Below, one piece after another: positions 1-9,358 of a stretch of 64,000 nt of DNA. Both the position numbers and the translations under genes were made by a program. The notes under the pieces are model-generated. The model saw nothing but the letters and a program-made list of their open reading frames with translations, did no database searches and had not been told where the DNA came from. Positions within the stretch are counted from its first letter, which is position 1; the number at the start of each line of letters is the position of its first letter. This stretch comes from Pseudomonadota bacterium (GTDB lineage: Bacteria > Myxococcota_A > Polyangia > JAAYKL01), in contig JALNZK010000002.1 in assembly GCA_023229365.1 (NCBI GenBank), positions 254,343-318,342 on the forward strand, written 5' to 3'.

Positions 1-2
1 GG

Positions 3-1028
3 TTGAAAGACTGCATCAAGGCTCTAGACTGGGTATTTGAAACCGCACATGCCCACAACATAGATAATATCTGTTTTTTGGGAGATTTATTTCATAGTCG
101 CCAAAAAATCGGTGTCAGTGTCTATCAATGGACTTTTGAAGTTTTCAGCAAATGGATGCAAAATAAAAAGAGTTGGCCGAATGTTTATTTGTTGGTTGGC
201 AACCATGATATGGTGCATAAATTCACAACAGACGTTTGCAGCATTAAGCCATTAAATGTTATTGATGGTGTTGTTGTTGTAGACAAACCCGTTGTGCTTC
301 AAATTGACGAACATTCCGTTGCTTTTTTACCTTATACGGAAAATCCTCTTGAATCCTTGGGAATTTTGAAAGATGCTCCCAAGGATTTGTTACTAGGGCA
401 CATTGCTTTAGACGGGGCTATTTTAAATTCGCTGCATCAAACACATTCAGAAGTTGTGGTTGAACATGATGGCGACATGACTGTGGTGGATGCTGATGTT
501 TTCAAAGATTGGAAACAAGTGTTTTTAGGACATTATCATGGCGAACAAAAAGTAAGGGCAAATGTTGAATATGTTGGATCGCCACTTCAATTGAGCTTTG
601 GAGAGACCAAACAGGACAAGCATCTAATCATATATGATCTGGACACGCATGAGAAGGAATATGTGATAAATGATTTTAGTCCCAAACATTTTATTATCTC
701 TCAAGAGGATATCGGCAAATTCGATTTGACAAATAATTTTGTAAGAATTATTGTGGATGATATTTCGTCCGCTGAGTTAATAGAATTTCGCAACGATGTA
801 CTATCCAAGAATGTTGGCAGTTTAGACATCCGACAAAAACCCAAGAAAGAGGAAGATGGAGAAGCTGTAGATGTGGCCTTGGCAGCAGTATTGCAAAATG
901 ACTTGGTAATAGAAAAATACGTGGAATACAAGGATGAATTTGATGAATTAAATGGACTTGATAAAGTCGAATTATTATCAATAGGCAATAAAATTATTGA
1001 AACGGCAACTAATCAAATCAATCAATGA
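3..1028 (+). CDS. sbcD: SbcD/Mre11-family DNA repair exonuclease (T4 gp47-like), 5'-truncated at window edge
   Basis: Calcineurin-like phosphoesterase motifs GDLFH (motif II) and GNHD (motif III) plus later GHYH. Motif I (DxH) is missing, so the N-terminus lies upstream of the window. Sits immediately upstream of, and 4 nt overlapping with, an SbcC/Rad50-like gene. Confidence 0.8.
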   Translation: MKDCIKALDWVFETAHAHNIDNICFLGDLFHSRQKIGVSVYQWTFEVFSKWMQNKKSWPNVYLLVGNHDMVHKFTTDVCSIKPLNVIDGVVVVDKPVVLQIDEHSVAFLPYTENPLESLGILKDAPKDLLLGHIALDGAILNSLHQTHSEVVVEHDGDMTVVDADVFKDWKQVFLGHYHGEQKVRANVEYVGSPLQLSFGETKQDKHLIIYDLDTHEKEYVINDFSPKHFIISQEDIGKFDLTNNFVRIIVDDISSAELIEFRNDVLSKNVGSLDIRQKPKKEEDGEAVDVALAAVLQNDLVIEKYVEYKDEFDELNGLDKVELLSIGNKIIETATNQINQ

Positions 1029-3043
1029 AAAACCTAAAATTTAAATATTTCTCAGCTAAAAATTTCGTTTGCTTCGGTCCAGAAGGTATTGAAATTGATC
1101 TCACGAAAAAGGGGAATGTTATCCTTGTTCGTGGAGAAAATCTGGATGTTATAGATGAAGAAGAGAAGGAAGGTGACGAGCGAGTTGCTTCTAATGGCAT
1201 AGGCAAAAGCACCATCCCCGATATTCTTGTCTATGGCCTCTTCGGCAAACCTCTCAAACATCCCTCTAAGATCAAGCATGAGGATGTAATCAATAATCGC
1301 ATTCGTAAAGATATGCGAATAGAAGTTCGTTGGGATGACTACAGAGTAGTTAGACAACGAAGCCCAAATAAGCTGCGTTTTTGGCAAAGCAGCAATGAAG
1401 ATTGGAACAAAGATACGGAACTAACTTTGGGCGGCATGCCAGATACACAGAATTTGATTGAGCAACATTTGGGATTAAATTATGAGACATTCCTAAATCT
1501 TATGGTATTTGCCGACCAAGGGCATTGCACTTTCTTGGAATGCACCAATCCTCAAAAACGAACGGTTGTTGAGGATTTAATGGCTTTGCAAGTTTTTCGC
1601 ATTTATTCAGATGTCGCTAAAGAAGAGAAAAACAACTTAAAGAATAAAATAAAGCTACTAGCATCAGAATACGAGCACAGCATATATGAGTTAAAGTCTG
1701 CTCGGGAACGTATTGATGAAATTAACCAAGAGGAAAAATCCTGGCGGGATGGCAGAAACAAAGAATTAATTGCTCTTCAAAATGTGCGTTCATCGAAGCA
1801 ATCACTGTTGGAGTCTTCCGATATCGGAGCAGCATTAGCCAAATACGAAAATGCTCAAAAAACAATCCAAGAGACAAATGATAAAATCGTTGATTTAGAT
1901 GCAAAAATTGCCGAAATTCGCACACAACTGCCCCAAGTGGAAGAAAAGGTAAACTCAAGGAAACAGGAGCGAGGTCAATTAGATCAACAAATTCTTGTAT
2001 TGCGAAACAAAATCATTACTGCCAATAATGAAATTAAAAGCAAAGAAAAAATTCTCAAGGTCAAAGATCGCAAAGGGCAAGTTTGCAGCGAATGTTTTAG
2101 CGTTGTGGATGAAGCTAATTATTTAACTTTTGTGGACAATGCTCAAAAAAGTGTTGATGAAAATGAAAAATTAATTGCAGAAAACAATGTTGTATTAGAG
2201 CAATTGAATAAAGAATTGGCTGAAATCAAAGAAAAGATCACCAAGGGCACCAATCTTATTGCTACTAAGCAAGCTCAAGAAAGACAATTATCCTCTTCGA
2301 TAGATAATTCCCGAAAAGAAATTCAAAAGCTTACAGCAATTCAAAAACCGACAGCCAACGATCAAGAGCAAGTTTTATTAACCGAGATTACAGAAATCGA
2401 TAAACAGATTGTTGACAAAACGCAGCAAATAAATGGACCCTCGCCTTATGTAAGTCTGCATACATCTGCGGAGGAAGATGCCAAGAAAAAAGAGACAGAA
2501 AGCGAAGTAAAGAAGGCAGAATTACAAAAGGTAGAGTCGCTTTTGCCTTATTACGAATGGTGGGCCGATGGCTTTGGACCAAAAGGCATTCCGAAGTTTG
2601 CTATTAACCACATCATTTCTCCGTTAAACACTCAAATTGCACATTGGCTAGAGTTTTTAATCAATGGTAAGATTAAATTGTTGTTTAATAATGAGTTAGA
2701 AGAATCTATTGAACGCAATCCATCTGATGGTGATCCTTTTGTGTATTATCAGATGTCAGGAGGAGAAAAAAGACGGCTAAATTTAGCAGTTTCACAGGCG
2801 TTTGCTTATATTATGTCGCATAGTTCTAAAGCATCTCCTTCAGTTGTTTTTCTGGATGAAGTTACAACTAATATTGACCCAATGGGCGTTGTTGGTGTAT
2901 ACAATATGATTATAGAATTGGCAAAAGATAAGCAAGTTTTTGTTACAACACACGATCAAGGATTGCAAGAATTGCTGCAAGGTTGTGAGACATTGTATCT
3001 TAGGAAAAAGGACGGATTCACAACTGTAATTAATAAAAATTAG
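1025..3043 (+). CDS. sbcC: SbcC/Rad50-family ATPase (T4 gp46-like recombination/repair)
   Basis: N-terminal P-loop-like NGIGKSTI, long central coiled coil with a CSEC zinc-hook-like motif, ABC signature MSGGEKRRLNLAVSQA, Walker B VVFLDEVTTNID. Paired with sbcD. Confidence 0.85.
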   Translation: MKNLKFKYFSAKNFVCFGPEGIEIDLTKKGNVILVRGENLDVIDEEEKEGDERVASNGIGKSTIPDILVYGLFGKPLKHPSKIKHEDVINNRIRKDMRIEVRWDDYRVVRQRSPNKLRFWQSSNEDWNKDTELTLGGMPDTQNLIEQHLGLNYETFLNLMVFADQGHCTFLECTNPQKRTVVEDLMALQVFRIYSDVAKEEKNNLKNKIKLLASEYEHSIYELKSARERIDEINQEEKSWRDGRNKELIALQNVRSSKQSLLESSDIGAALAKYENAQKTIQETNDKIVDLDAKIAEIRTQLPQVEEKVNSRKQERGQLDQQILVLRNKIITANNEIKSKEKILKVKDRKGQVCSECFSVVDEANYLTFVDNAQKSVDENEKLIAENNVVLEQLNKELAEIKEKITKGTNLIATKQAQERQLSSSIDNSRKEIQKLTAIQKPTANDQEQVLLTEITEIDKQIVDKTQQINGPSPYVSLHTSAEEDAKKKETESEVKKAELQKVESLLPYYEWWADGFGPKGIPKFAINHIISPLNTQIAHWLEFLINGKIKLLFNNELEESIERNPSDGDPFVYYQMSGGEKRRLNLAVSQAFAYIMSHSSKASPSVVFLDEVTTNIDPMGVVGVYNMIIELAKDKQVFVTTHDQGLQELLQGCETLYLRKKDGFTTVINKN

Positions 3044-3074
3044 TCTATTATTTTTCTAGTTCATAACCATAGGT

Positions 3075-5729
3075 ATGAAAGTTAATCTAATGAGAAAGAG
3101 TGAAAATATGGTAAAGTTTGAAGACGTGAAGGGGCAGACAACAGAGGAATATTTTAATGGAAATGAATTTAGTATCGATGCATTCAATAAAAAATACACA
3201 ATACAAAAAGGCGAAACATACGTACAAGCTGTGAAACGTGTGTGTGATTATATTGCTTCGGTTGAAGCTACGAAAGAGTTGAGAGAATATTGGTCCGAGC
3301 GATGGTTTGATGAAATTTATAATGATTGGTGGCATCCCGCTGGAAGTATTATGCAAGGTGCCGCATCGGGCAGAAAAATTAGTTTGGCGAATTGCACCAC
3401 ATTGAGTTTGGGTGCAGGACTTCCCGAAGAGGAATGGGATAATCTAGAGAGTATTATTCGTAATGCAGGGTTCACTATTGCGAAAACGGCTGCCTATCGA
3501 CAAGGCTTGGGACTAGAGTTTTCTCGTCTGCGTCCTGTGGGCACAAAAGTCATGAATTCTGCCAATGAATCCTCGGGTGCAATTCATTGGATGAAGTTTC
3601 TTGATTCTATTGGCTACTACGTTGGACAGCAGGGCCGTATTCCAGCTATGTTGTTCAGCCTTGCATGTGACCATCCCGATATTGAAGATTTTATCAAGGT
3701 AAAGTCTGACCATACCAAAATTCAAAATGCCAATATTTCCGTGCAATGCTCAGACGCATTTTACGCTGCGGTAAGAAAAGACGCTGATTGGCGTCTTTCT
3801 TTTAATATTCCTGAGGTGAAGAAAGGAGATCGTATTTATTTGGATTCTCAGAGCAAATGTATGGATGCTCACTTCGACAAAGAAAAGAAGAAGTGGTATA
3901 CAACGGCATTGCGAGATCGCAAAGGCGAGACAATCGAAAGAACCGTCAAAGCCCGTAAGTTGCTGGAACTCATTGCACAGAATATGCACACTCATGCAGA
4001 GCCGGGTATTCAAAACATAGATGTAGCTCGCAAATATTCTAATTCTGACTATGTGTATAATCCCGAGGATGAGTATGATTCGAGGATTGTTAGCACAAAT
4101 GCCTGCTCAGAACAATATCTTTCCCGTGAAAGTTTGTGTGTTTTGGCATCACTAAATGCGGGTAAATTTTCTATTCATGATGACAATTGTAAAAAAGAGT
4201 TGGCAAAGATTGCTTATTCTATGAATCGATTCTTAGATAATGTGAACGAGGCAGAATTGAGAAACGGCACTTATGCCACTCCTCATCAAAAATTGGCAAT
4301 TGAGAAGCTACGACGCACAGGGGCTGGCTTTACCAATATGTGTGCTTGGCTCTTTAAACAAAACCTAGAATACGGCACAGAAGATGGCAATAAAGCAGTT
4401 GCCAATTTTATGAAATGGTATAATTTCTATCTCTACGAATCTTCTATTGCACTAGGCAAAGAGAAAGGTAGTTTTGAACTATTTGACGAAGAAAAATATT
4501 GTCAATCGCCATTTATCAAACGGTTGATGAAACTGGGACTGAAGTTTAAAACGATGAGAAATAGCACACTCACCAGTATTGCCCCTACTGGCACACTCAC
4601 CACGCAATTTAGGGACAATGCCATGTCTTATGGCATTGAGCCATCAACTTATTTGTATTGGTGGAAACGCACCCGCATGAATGGCCAATATGAATTCTAT
4701 TTCTGTGTGCCATCTGTTGTGCGAGAATTCTTCGCCCAAAAAGGCTGTCCGTTGCCAATGGACAAAGATACGATCAAGGATACTTGGGATGGGAAGATTG
4801 GCAAGCCAATTGCTGAATTCATCGAAGCTCACAAAAATGAAATTGGCATTAAATTCCGCTGTGCTACAGAAATTCATCCCAATGAAAAATTAGACTTAAT
4901 GGCACAAGTCATGACATGGGTAGATTCTTCTATTTCTGTAACCTACCTATTGCCAGAAGGTAGCGACTGGAAGACTGTATATGACTTCATTTTGTTAGCA
5001 CATGAAAAAGAAGTCAAATCAATTGCCGCTTTTCCAGACAAGAAAATGTATGGAATTATTTCCATAATTCCATTTAAGGATTTGGCGAAGAAATTGATCT
5101 CAGAAGGCGTCGTTATTCATGAACAAAACTTCTGCAAAGAAGAGTTGGAAGAATTGTATGGCACTACTTATTTGTCGCCCAATGAATATCAGATTCAAAA
5201 AACTAAAGCTCCAATCCGCCCCCAGAGATTGCCTTGTGATATTCACCACACCAAGGTTACAAAAAAGCTTGATAAAATTCGCACATTTGATTATATTGTT
5301 TTGGTAGGCATTATGCCGCCCAATGATCCTTACGAAATCTTTGTGGCTGAAAATGGCATCCTCGATAAGAAATACAAGCGTGGCGTACTTATCAAAAAGG
5401 CAAGGGGTGTTTATGCTTTGGAAATAGAAGGCAAAATAGTTATAGAGAACATTGCCAAAGACGCCACAGAATCAGAAGATGTTTTGACACGCATGGTGAG
5501 CACGAGTTTGAGACATGGTGCGGATATTCATTTCATAGTGCAGCAACTCGAAAAGTCTCAAGGTGATTTGTTTGCTTTTTCAAAAGCCATTTATCGCATT
5601 TTGAAGAAGTATGTTCCTGACAACACTAAGATTACTGGCATGACTTGTCCATCCTGTGGGTGTAATGAATTTATTAGAATTGAAGGTTGTGCAACCTGTG
5701 TTAAGTGTGGGCATAGCAAGTGTAGCTAA
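3075..5729 (+). CDS. Ribonucleotide reductase catalytic subunit, probably class II (B12-dependent)-like, with C-terminal Zn-ribbon
   Basis: G(L)GLEFSRLRPVG resembles the RNR GxGxxFSxLRP substrate loop. STNACSEQYL resembles the class-II TNPCGE thiyl-Cys finger loop. C-terminal CPSCGC...CATCVKCGHSKC Zn finger. 884 aa. Confidence 0.65.
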   Translation: MKVNLMRKSENMVKFEDVKGQTTEEYFNGNEFSIDAFNKKYTIQKGETYVQAVKRVCDYIASVEATKELREYWSERWFDEIYNDWWHPAGSIMQGAASGRKISLANCTTLSLGAGLPEEEWDNLESIIRNAGFTIAKTAAYRQGLGLEFSRLRPVGTKVMNSANESSGAIHWMKFLDSIGYYVGQQGRIPAMLFSLACDHPDIEDFIKVKSDHTKIQNANISVQCSDAFYAAVRKDADWRLSFNIPEVKKGDRIYLDSQSKCMDAHFDKEKKKWYTTALRDRKGETIERTVKARKLLELIAQNMHTHAEPGIQNIDVARKYSNSDYVYNPEDEYDSRIVSTNACSEQYLSRESLCVLASLNAGKFSIHDDNCKKELAKIAYSMNRFLDNVNEAELRNGTYATPHQKLAIEKLRRTGAGFTNMCAWLFKQNLEYGTEDGNKAVANFMKWYNFYLYESSIALGKEKGSFELFDEEKYCQSPFIKRLMKLGLKFKTMRNSTLTSIAPTGTLTTQFRDNAMSYGIEPSTYLYWWKRTRMNGQYEFYFCVPSVVREFFAQKGCPLPMDKDTIKDTWDGKIGKPIAEFIEAHKNEIGIKFRCATEIHPNEKLDLMAQVMTWVDSSISVTYLLPEGSDWKTVYDFILLAHEKEVKSIAAFPDKKMYGIISIIPFKDLAKKLISEGVVIHEQNFCKEELEELYGTTYLSPNEYQIQKTKAPIRPQRLPCDIHHTKVTKKLDKIRTFDYIVLVGIMPPNDPYEIFVAENGILDKKYKRGVLIKKARGVYALEIEGKIVIENIAKDATESEDVLTRMVSTSLRHGADIHFIVQQLEKSQGDLFAFSKAIYRILKKYVPDNTKITGMTCPSCGCNEFIRIEGCATCVKCGHSKCS

Positions 5730-6035
5730 ATGAAGAAAAACAAATCGCCAGATCATTGCCCCATCTGTGGGCAATATATGGAAGTAATCTGTTCTGGGTT
5801 TCAGCGGCACCCTTTTGTGGATGGTCGATGTTATGAAAACATTTGCCACATATGTTTTTCTGCTCCTTGCACCTGTCGTTTTGACGAAGGTGTGATGTGG
5901 AAACATTATGATTATGAGGATCAAGAACTGCATACCGCTGAGGAAATGATGCGGTTTGGGTTCACAAAAGCCGAAGTAGCCATTTCCTTAAAAGCAGTAA
6001 AATTGGCTATAAAAAATGGTAAGCACCCTAAATAG
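5730..6035 (+). CDS. Cys-rich small zinc-binding protein (hypothetical)
   Basis: CPICGQ...C...C...C...CTC cysteine pattern. Starts directly after the RNR stop. Confidence 0.4.
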   Translation: MKKNKSPDHCPICGQYMEVICSGFQRHPFVDGRCYENICHICFSAPCTCRFDEGVMWKHYDYEDQELHTAEEMMRFGFTKAEVAISLKAVKLAIKNGKHPK

Positions 6036-6038
6036 GGT

Positions 6039-7031
6039 ATGGATTTTAAGGGCTTTTTACTGAGCGAAATGATGGTTCATCGCCTTGGGGGAGAGCCATA
6101 TAGAAATTTTATTGCTTTTCGAGGGCATCTATGGCTATTTGATGATGAGCCAACACAAAAAGAAGCCAAAGCCATTAACCGCATTATTCTCAAAGAACAT
6201 CCTCAACACAAAGAATTAAAAGAAAAGCACAGGAAATTCGGCAAGTATTCATTTGATATTCAGGATTGGGTAAGAGAAAATATCCAAGATGCTTTTGTGG
6301 GAAGTTGGGATGCTAAAACAAAAATTATTTGGACTGGCGAAGATTCGATCAGTCCAGTGACTTCTCCATTAGTCAAAAAGGTTGTAGCTGCACTGAAAGC
6401 CAAATCTGTACAATTTGAAACCAATCAATCGTTCTCAAAAGAACAAGATGTGCCATCTTATCAAAGACAGGACAACACAAGCTATTGGGATCGCACTGAA
6501 ATTTATCGTCGCAAAGATATCTTAGGACAAATTCCAGAAACTGCATTTCATGGCACTTCTACCAAATATTTGCCTGATATTCTGAAATGGGGGCTAATGC
6601 CTGGACAAGCTGAGTCTAATTATGGGGACATTATGCATGAGGATAAGATATTTTTGGCATTCAAGTTCTCAGAAGCAGAATCACATGCTACGCATACAGG
6701 TGGTCGCACTAAAAACTATCCGGTTGTAATTCAAGTCAAAATACCCGATAGAGCCCGATTGTTGCCTGATTATGATGCTGATAAATCAACATCCACACCC
6801 ACCTATCCAGATTTTGTTGGCGGCAAACCGAATACATATTCTTCGGTTAGTCCAATGAAAGCTAGTAAACATCAAGGAGTTGTCGGATACAAAGGTCGTA
6901 TCCCAGCCAATTTCATCGAAGCTGTATATCTAAGAATGGGGAATAATTGGAAAAAAGTCAAATTAGATACTCTTAGAAAGAGGGTTGCAGAAGACCCTTG
7001 GGAATGGCAATATAAATACGGATTTGAATAG
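6039..7031 (+). CDS. Candidate ADP-ribosyltransferase-fold protein (Tpt1/KptA-like H-H-h / H-Y-E clade) with capsid-targeting-like N-terminal leader
   Basis: FHGTSTKYLPDILKWGLMPG resembles E. coli KptA LYHGTASRFLDEIKKQGL. IFLAFKFSEAE...PVVIQVKI resembles KptA VHLSADEATA...PVILTVKA. N-terminus MDFKGFLLSE matches the CTS-like leader with an L-x-E site. Confidence 0.5.
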   Translation: MDFKGFLLSEMMVHRLGGEPYRNFIAFRGHLWLFDDEPTQKEAKAINRIILKEHPQHKELKEKHRKFGKYSFDIQDWVRENIQDAFVGSWDAKTKIIWTGEDSISPVTSPLVKKVVAALKAKSVQFETNQSFSKEQDVPSYQRQDNTSYWDRTEIYRRKDILGQIPETAFHGTSTKYLPDILKWGLMPGQAESNYGDIMHEDKIFLAFKFSEAESHATHTGGRTKNYPVVIQVKIPDRARLLPDYDADKSTSTPTYPDFVGGKPNTYSSVSPMKASKHQGVVGYKGRIPANFIEAVYLRMGNNWKKVKLDTLRKRVAEDPWEWQYKYGFE

Positions 7032-7039
7032 GACAATTT

Positions 7040-7525
7040 ATGGAATTTAAATATTTTATTTTAAATGAAGGCAGGGCTTATCTGGGCATACGTTTGGGGG
7101 ACATTCTCAATGCAACTCAGGATTTAGAGCAAAATGCCAAAAGTATGGGCTCTCGTCAACTTGTCAGTAATGCTGAGGGCATTGTAAATCAAATTCGCAG
7201 AGTGTTACACACCCATTGGGATAAGCAGGAAGAAGAGTCCCTCAAAAAGTTGCAAAAGGCAGCAGTAGCTTTAGCCAGAGCTATCGAAGAAAAAGATGAT
7301 CTCTTAAACACGATTACATCGGTTAAGGGAGAGCTTGAGGAATTAGTGGGTGATTTAGGGCAGCCAATTGGGGAACTAGGCAAGCCAGAAGGCGGCAAAG
7401 AAGCCAAAGAACAAGAAGAAACGCCACAGCCTCAGCCTCAGCAAACTCAACAGCCAGGACCGCCACCAGCAGGACCACCGCAGCCTCAACAGCCGTCACC
7501 CCAAATGCCTGGGCAACCTCAATAA
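7040..7525 (+). CDS. Hypothetical CTS-leader protein with coiled coil and P/Q-rich low-complexity tail (candidate internal head protein)
   Basis: N-terminus MEFKYFILNE (leader motif plus L-x-E). C-terminal PQPQPQQTQQPGPPPAGPPQPQQPSPQ. Confidence 0.5.
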   Translation: MEFKYFILNEGRAYLGIRLGDILNATQDLEQNAKSMGSRQLVSNAEGIVNQIRRVLHTHWDKQEEESLKKLQKAAVALARAIEEKDDLLNTITSVKGELEELVGDLGQPIGELGKPEGGKEAKEQEETPQPQPQQTQQPGPPPAGPPQPQQPSPQMPGQPQ

Positions 7526-7583
7526 TCTATTTACTTTATTGTTTGTTTTTGCTAAGATGATGGAAATATAAGGAGATTTTATC

Positions 7584-8744
7584 ATTTGTGGCATAGTGGG
7601 ATTTATAGGCAAGAGCAAAGACCCAACAGCGTCCTACGATTTAGCAACTCAATTGTTTCTTAAAACAGAGAGTCGTGGCGAGGATGCCACTGGTATTTGG
7701 GGAACTGAACCTGGGAATGGTAAAATTATTTACCATAAAGAGCCGGTAAAAGTAAAAGAATTTGTTACTGGTGATATGTGGAAAAGGGTCAGAAAACTAA
7801 ACCCTGATTTGCTATTGATGCATGCCAGGGCCGCTTCTTCAGGTGTTGGCAGCCCCAAAGTCAACAAAAACAACCATCCATTCGTTAGCAAAGATTGCAC
7901 AACGGCACTCATTCACAATGGAAGAATACCAGATGTGGAATATGGACAATTAAAGAAACAATATGCTGTAGAATCTGATTGCGATTCAGAGATGTTTTTG
8001 CGGGTATTTGAACATGGATCAGGAATGGCACATGGCATTCAAGATATATGGTCCTATATGCATCGTAGTCATATGGCCATTGCTATTGGCGAACGAATAG
8101 CACAAAGCCGTAGATTGTGGCTTTTCCGCAACACTCATCGGCCACTTTGGCTGACAGATATGCGAAGTACATTGGGACAAATATTTTTCTTCTCCGATCC
8201 CGACATTTGGGATGAAGCAACAGCCGCTTGCAAAAATGTTTGGAATTACTTAGGAAAAATAAAATTATTTAATTTGACAACAGAGATGATATGGTGTTTT
8301 AATTCAGACGCCAAAGGTCAAATAAATTTACAGAAGTTTAAAATTTGTGTTAAAGATAACACTCCTTGGCAAACAAAAAAAGAAAAACTTGAAATTAGGC
8401 TCAAAGGCCCAGACTCGAAGGTTGAAATCATAACTGGATTAAATGAAAAAGACGAATTGCCCGAGAAACAAAAGCCTGTGGTAGTTGCACCATTCTCTCA
8501 TGCTTATCAAGATGAAGAGGGGCTCTTTACCGACACATCTGACAATAAGAAAAACCTAGAAAAGCTTAGCGAACAAATTAAAGCAATTGAGCTATTACTT
8601 AATGATGTTTCAACTGCCACGGAAAACCTTGTGTGGGAAAATACGATAGATGGGGATGATTTTTTAGAATTATTTACGTCTTTATCTAATGTCGATATGG
8701 AGTTGCAAGGGACTTTGCGATTGTTAGAAGATGGTAAACGATAA
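7584..8744 (+). CDS. Class-II (Ntn) glutamine amidotransferase domain protein; start probably non-AUG (AUU/AUC) to include the nucleophile Cys
   Basis: Reading upstream of the annotated GTG (7596) in frame gives I-I-C-G-I-V-G-F-I-G, the classic MCGIVG N-terminus. ESRGEDATGIWG resembles the GATase-II RG(x)D(A)xGI motif. HARAASSG...NNHPF...LIHNGRIPD resembles RxATxG...QPF...HNGxIxN. SD AAGGAG at 7570-7575 sits 5-8 nt from ATC (7581) / ATT (7584) but 20 nt from the GTG. The ORF track gives 7596..8744. Confidence 0.7.
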   Translation: MCGIVGFIGKSKDPTASYDLATQLFLKTESRGEDATGIWGTEPGNGKIIYHKEPVKVKEFVTGDMWKRVRKLNPDLLLMHARAASSGVGSPKVNKNNHPFVSKDCTTALIHNGRIPDVEYGQLKKQYAVESDCDSEMFLRVFEHGSGMAHGIQDIWSYMHRSHMAIAIGERIAQSRRLWLFRNTHRPLWLTDMRSTLGQIFFFSDPDIWDEATAACKNVWNYLGKIKLFNLTTEMIWCFNSDAKGQINLQKFKICVKDNTPWQTKKEKLEIRLKGPDSKVEIITGLNEKDELPEKQKPVVVAPFSHAYQDEEGLFTDTSDNKKNLEKLSEQIKAIELLLNDVSTATENLVWENTIDGDDFLELFTSLSNVDMELQGTLRLLEDGKR

Positions 8745-8764
8745 TTCATTTACTATATTAGTGA

Positions 8765-9358
8765 ATGAGTGAATTTAATGATGATTTAGATGTTGAAGAT
8801 GTATTAAAAGAAAAGCCCAAAAAAATAAAATCTGGGGCCAAAGGCAAGGCGGCAGAAAGAGATATCTGTCACATTCTTAATAAACGTTTTGCCAACATTC
8901 TGTTAGCACACCCATCTTGGGGAACGTTTTCCAGAAGCGTGGGTTCTGGCAATCGTTGGGGACAGGGAGTGATGTTATCAGAGCAGGCAAAGAATGTTTA
9001 TGCTTCTGATATTTGTTGCCCCGAGCATTTTTTGTTCGTGATTGAGAGCAAAAAAGGCTACAATGAGATCGATTTATGCACTTGCTTTAGTGGCAAATGT
9101 CCAGGCTTGGATACCTTTTTGCAACAGGTGTTAGATGATTCCTTGAGAGTGAATCGTAAACCCTTGTTGATTTGGAAGAAGGATCGCAAGCCAGCCATTG
9201 CATTTATACGAGAGCCTATGACATGGGCTGGCCCCAATTGGCCGGAAGAATTTCAAGCAACAGCGGATATGTTTTACACAGGCGTTGGCGGTTGGTCGGC
9301 ATTGCCATTTACGGAATTGTTGACTTCAACCCCAGATACGTTTTGGTTTTCAACATGA
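8765..9358 (+). CDS. Hjc-like PD-(D/E)xK nuclease (putative Holliday-junction resolvase / endonuclease)
   Basis: KGKAAERDICHILNKRF..SVGSG...ASDICC...FVIESKKG parallels archaeal Hjc G.AxERxL...G(F)...SG...D(I)xA...IExK. Confidence 0.45.
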   Translation: MSEFNDDLDVEDVLKEKPKKIKSGAKGKAAERDICHILNKRFANILLAHPSWGTFSRSVGSGNRWGQGVMLSEQAKNVYASDICCPEHFLFVIESKKGYNEIDLCTCFSGKCPGLDTFLQQVLDDSLRVNRKPLLIWKKDRKPAIAFIREPMTWAGPNWPEEFQATADMFYTGVGGWSALPFTELLTSTPDTFWFST

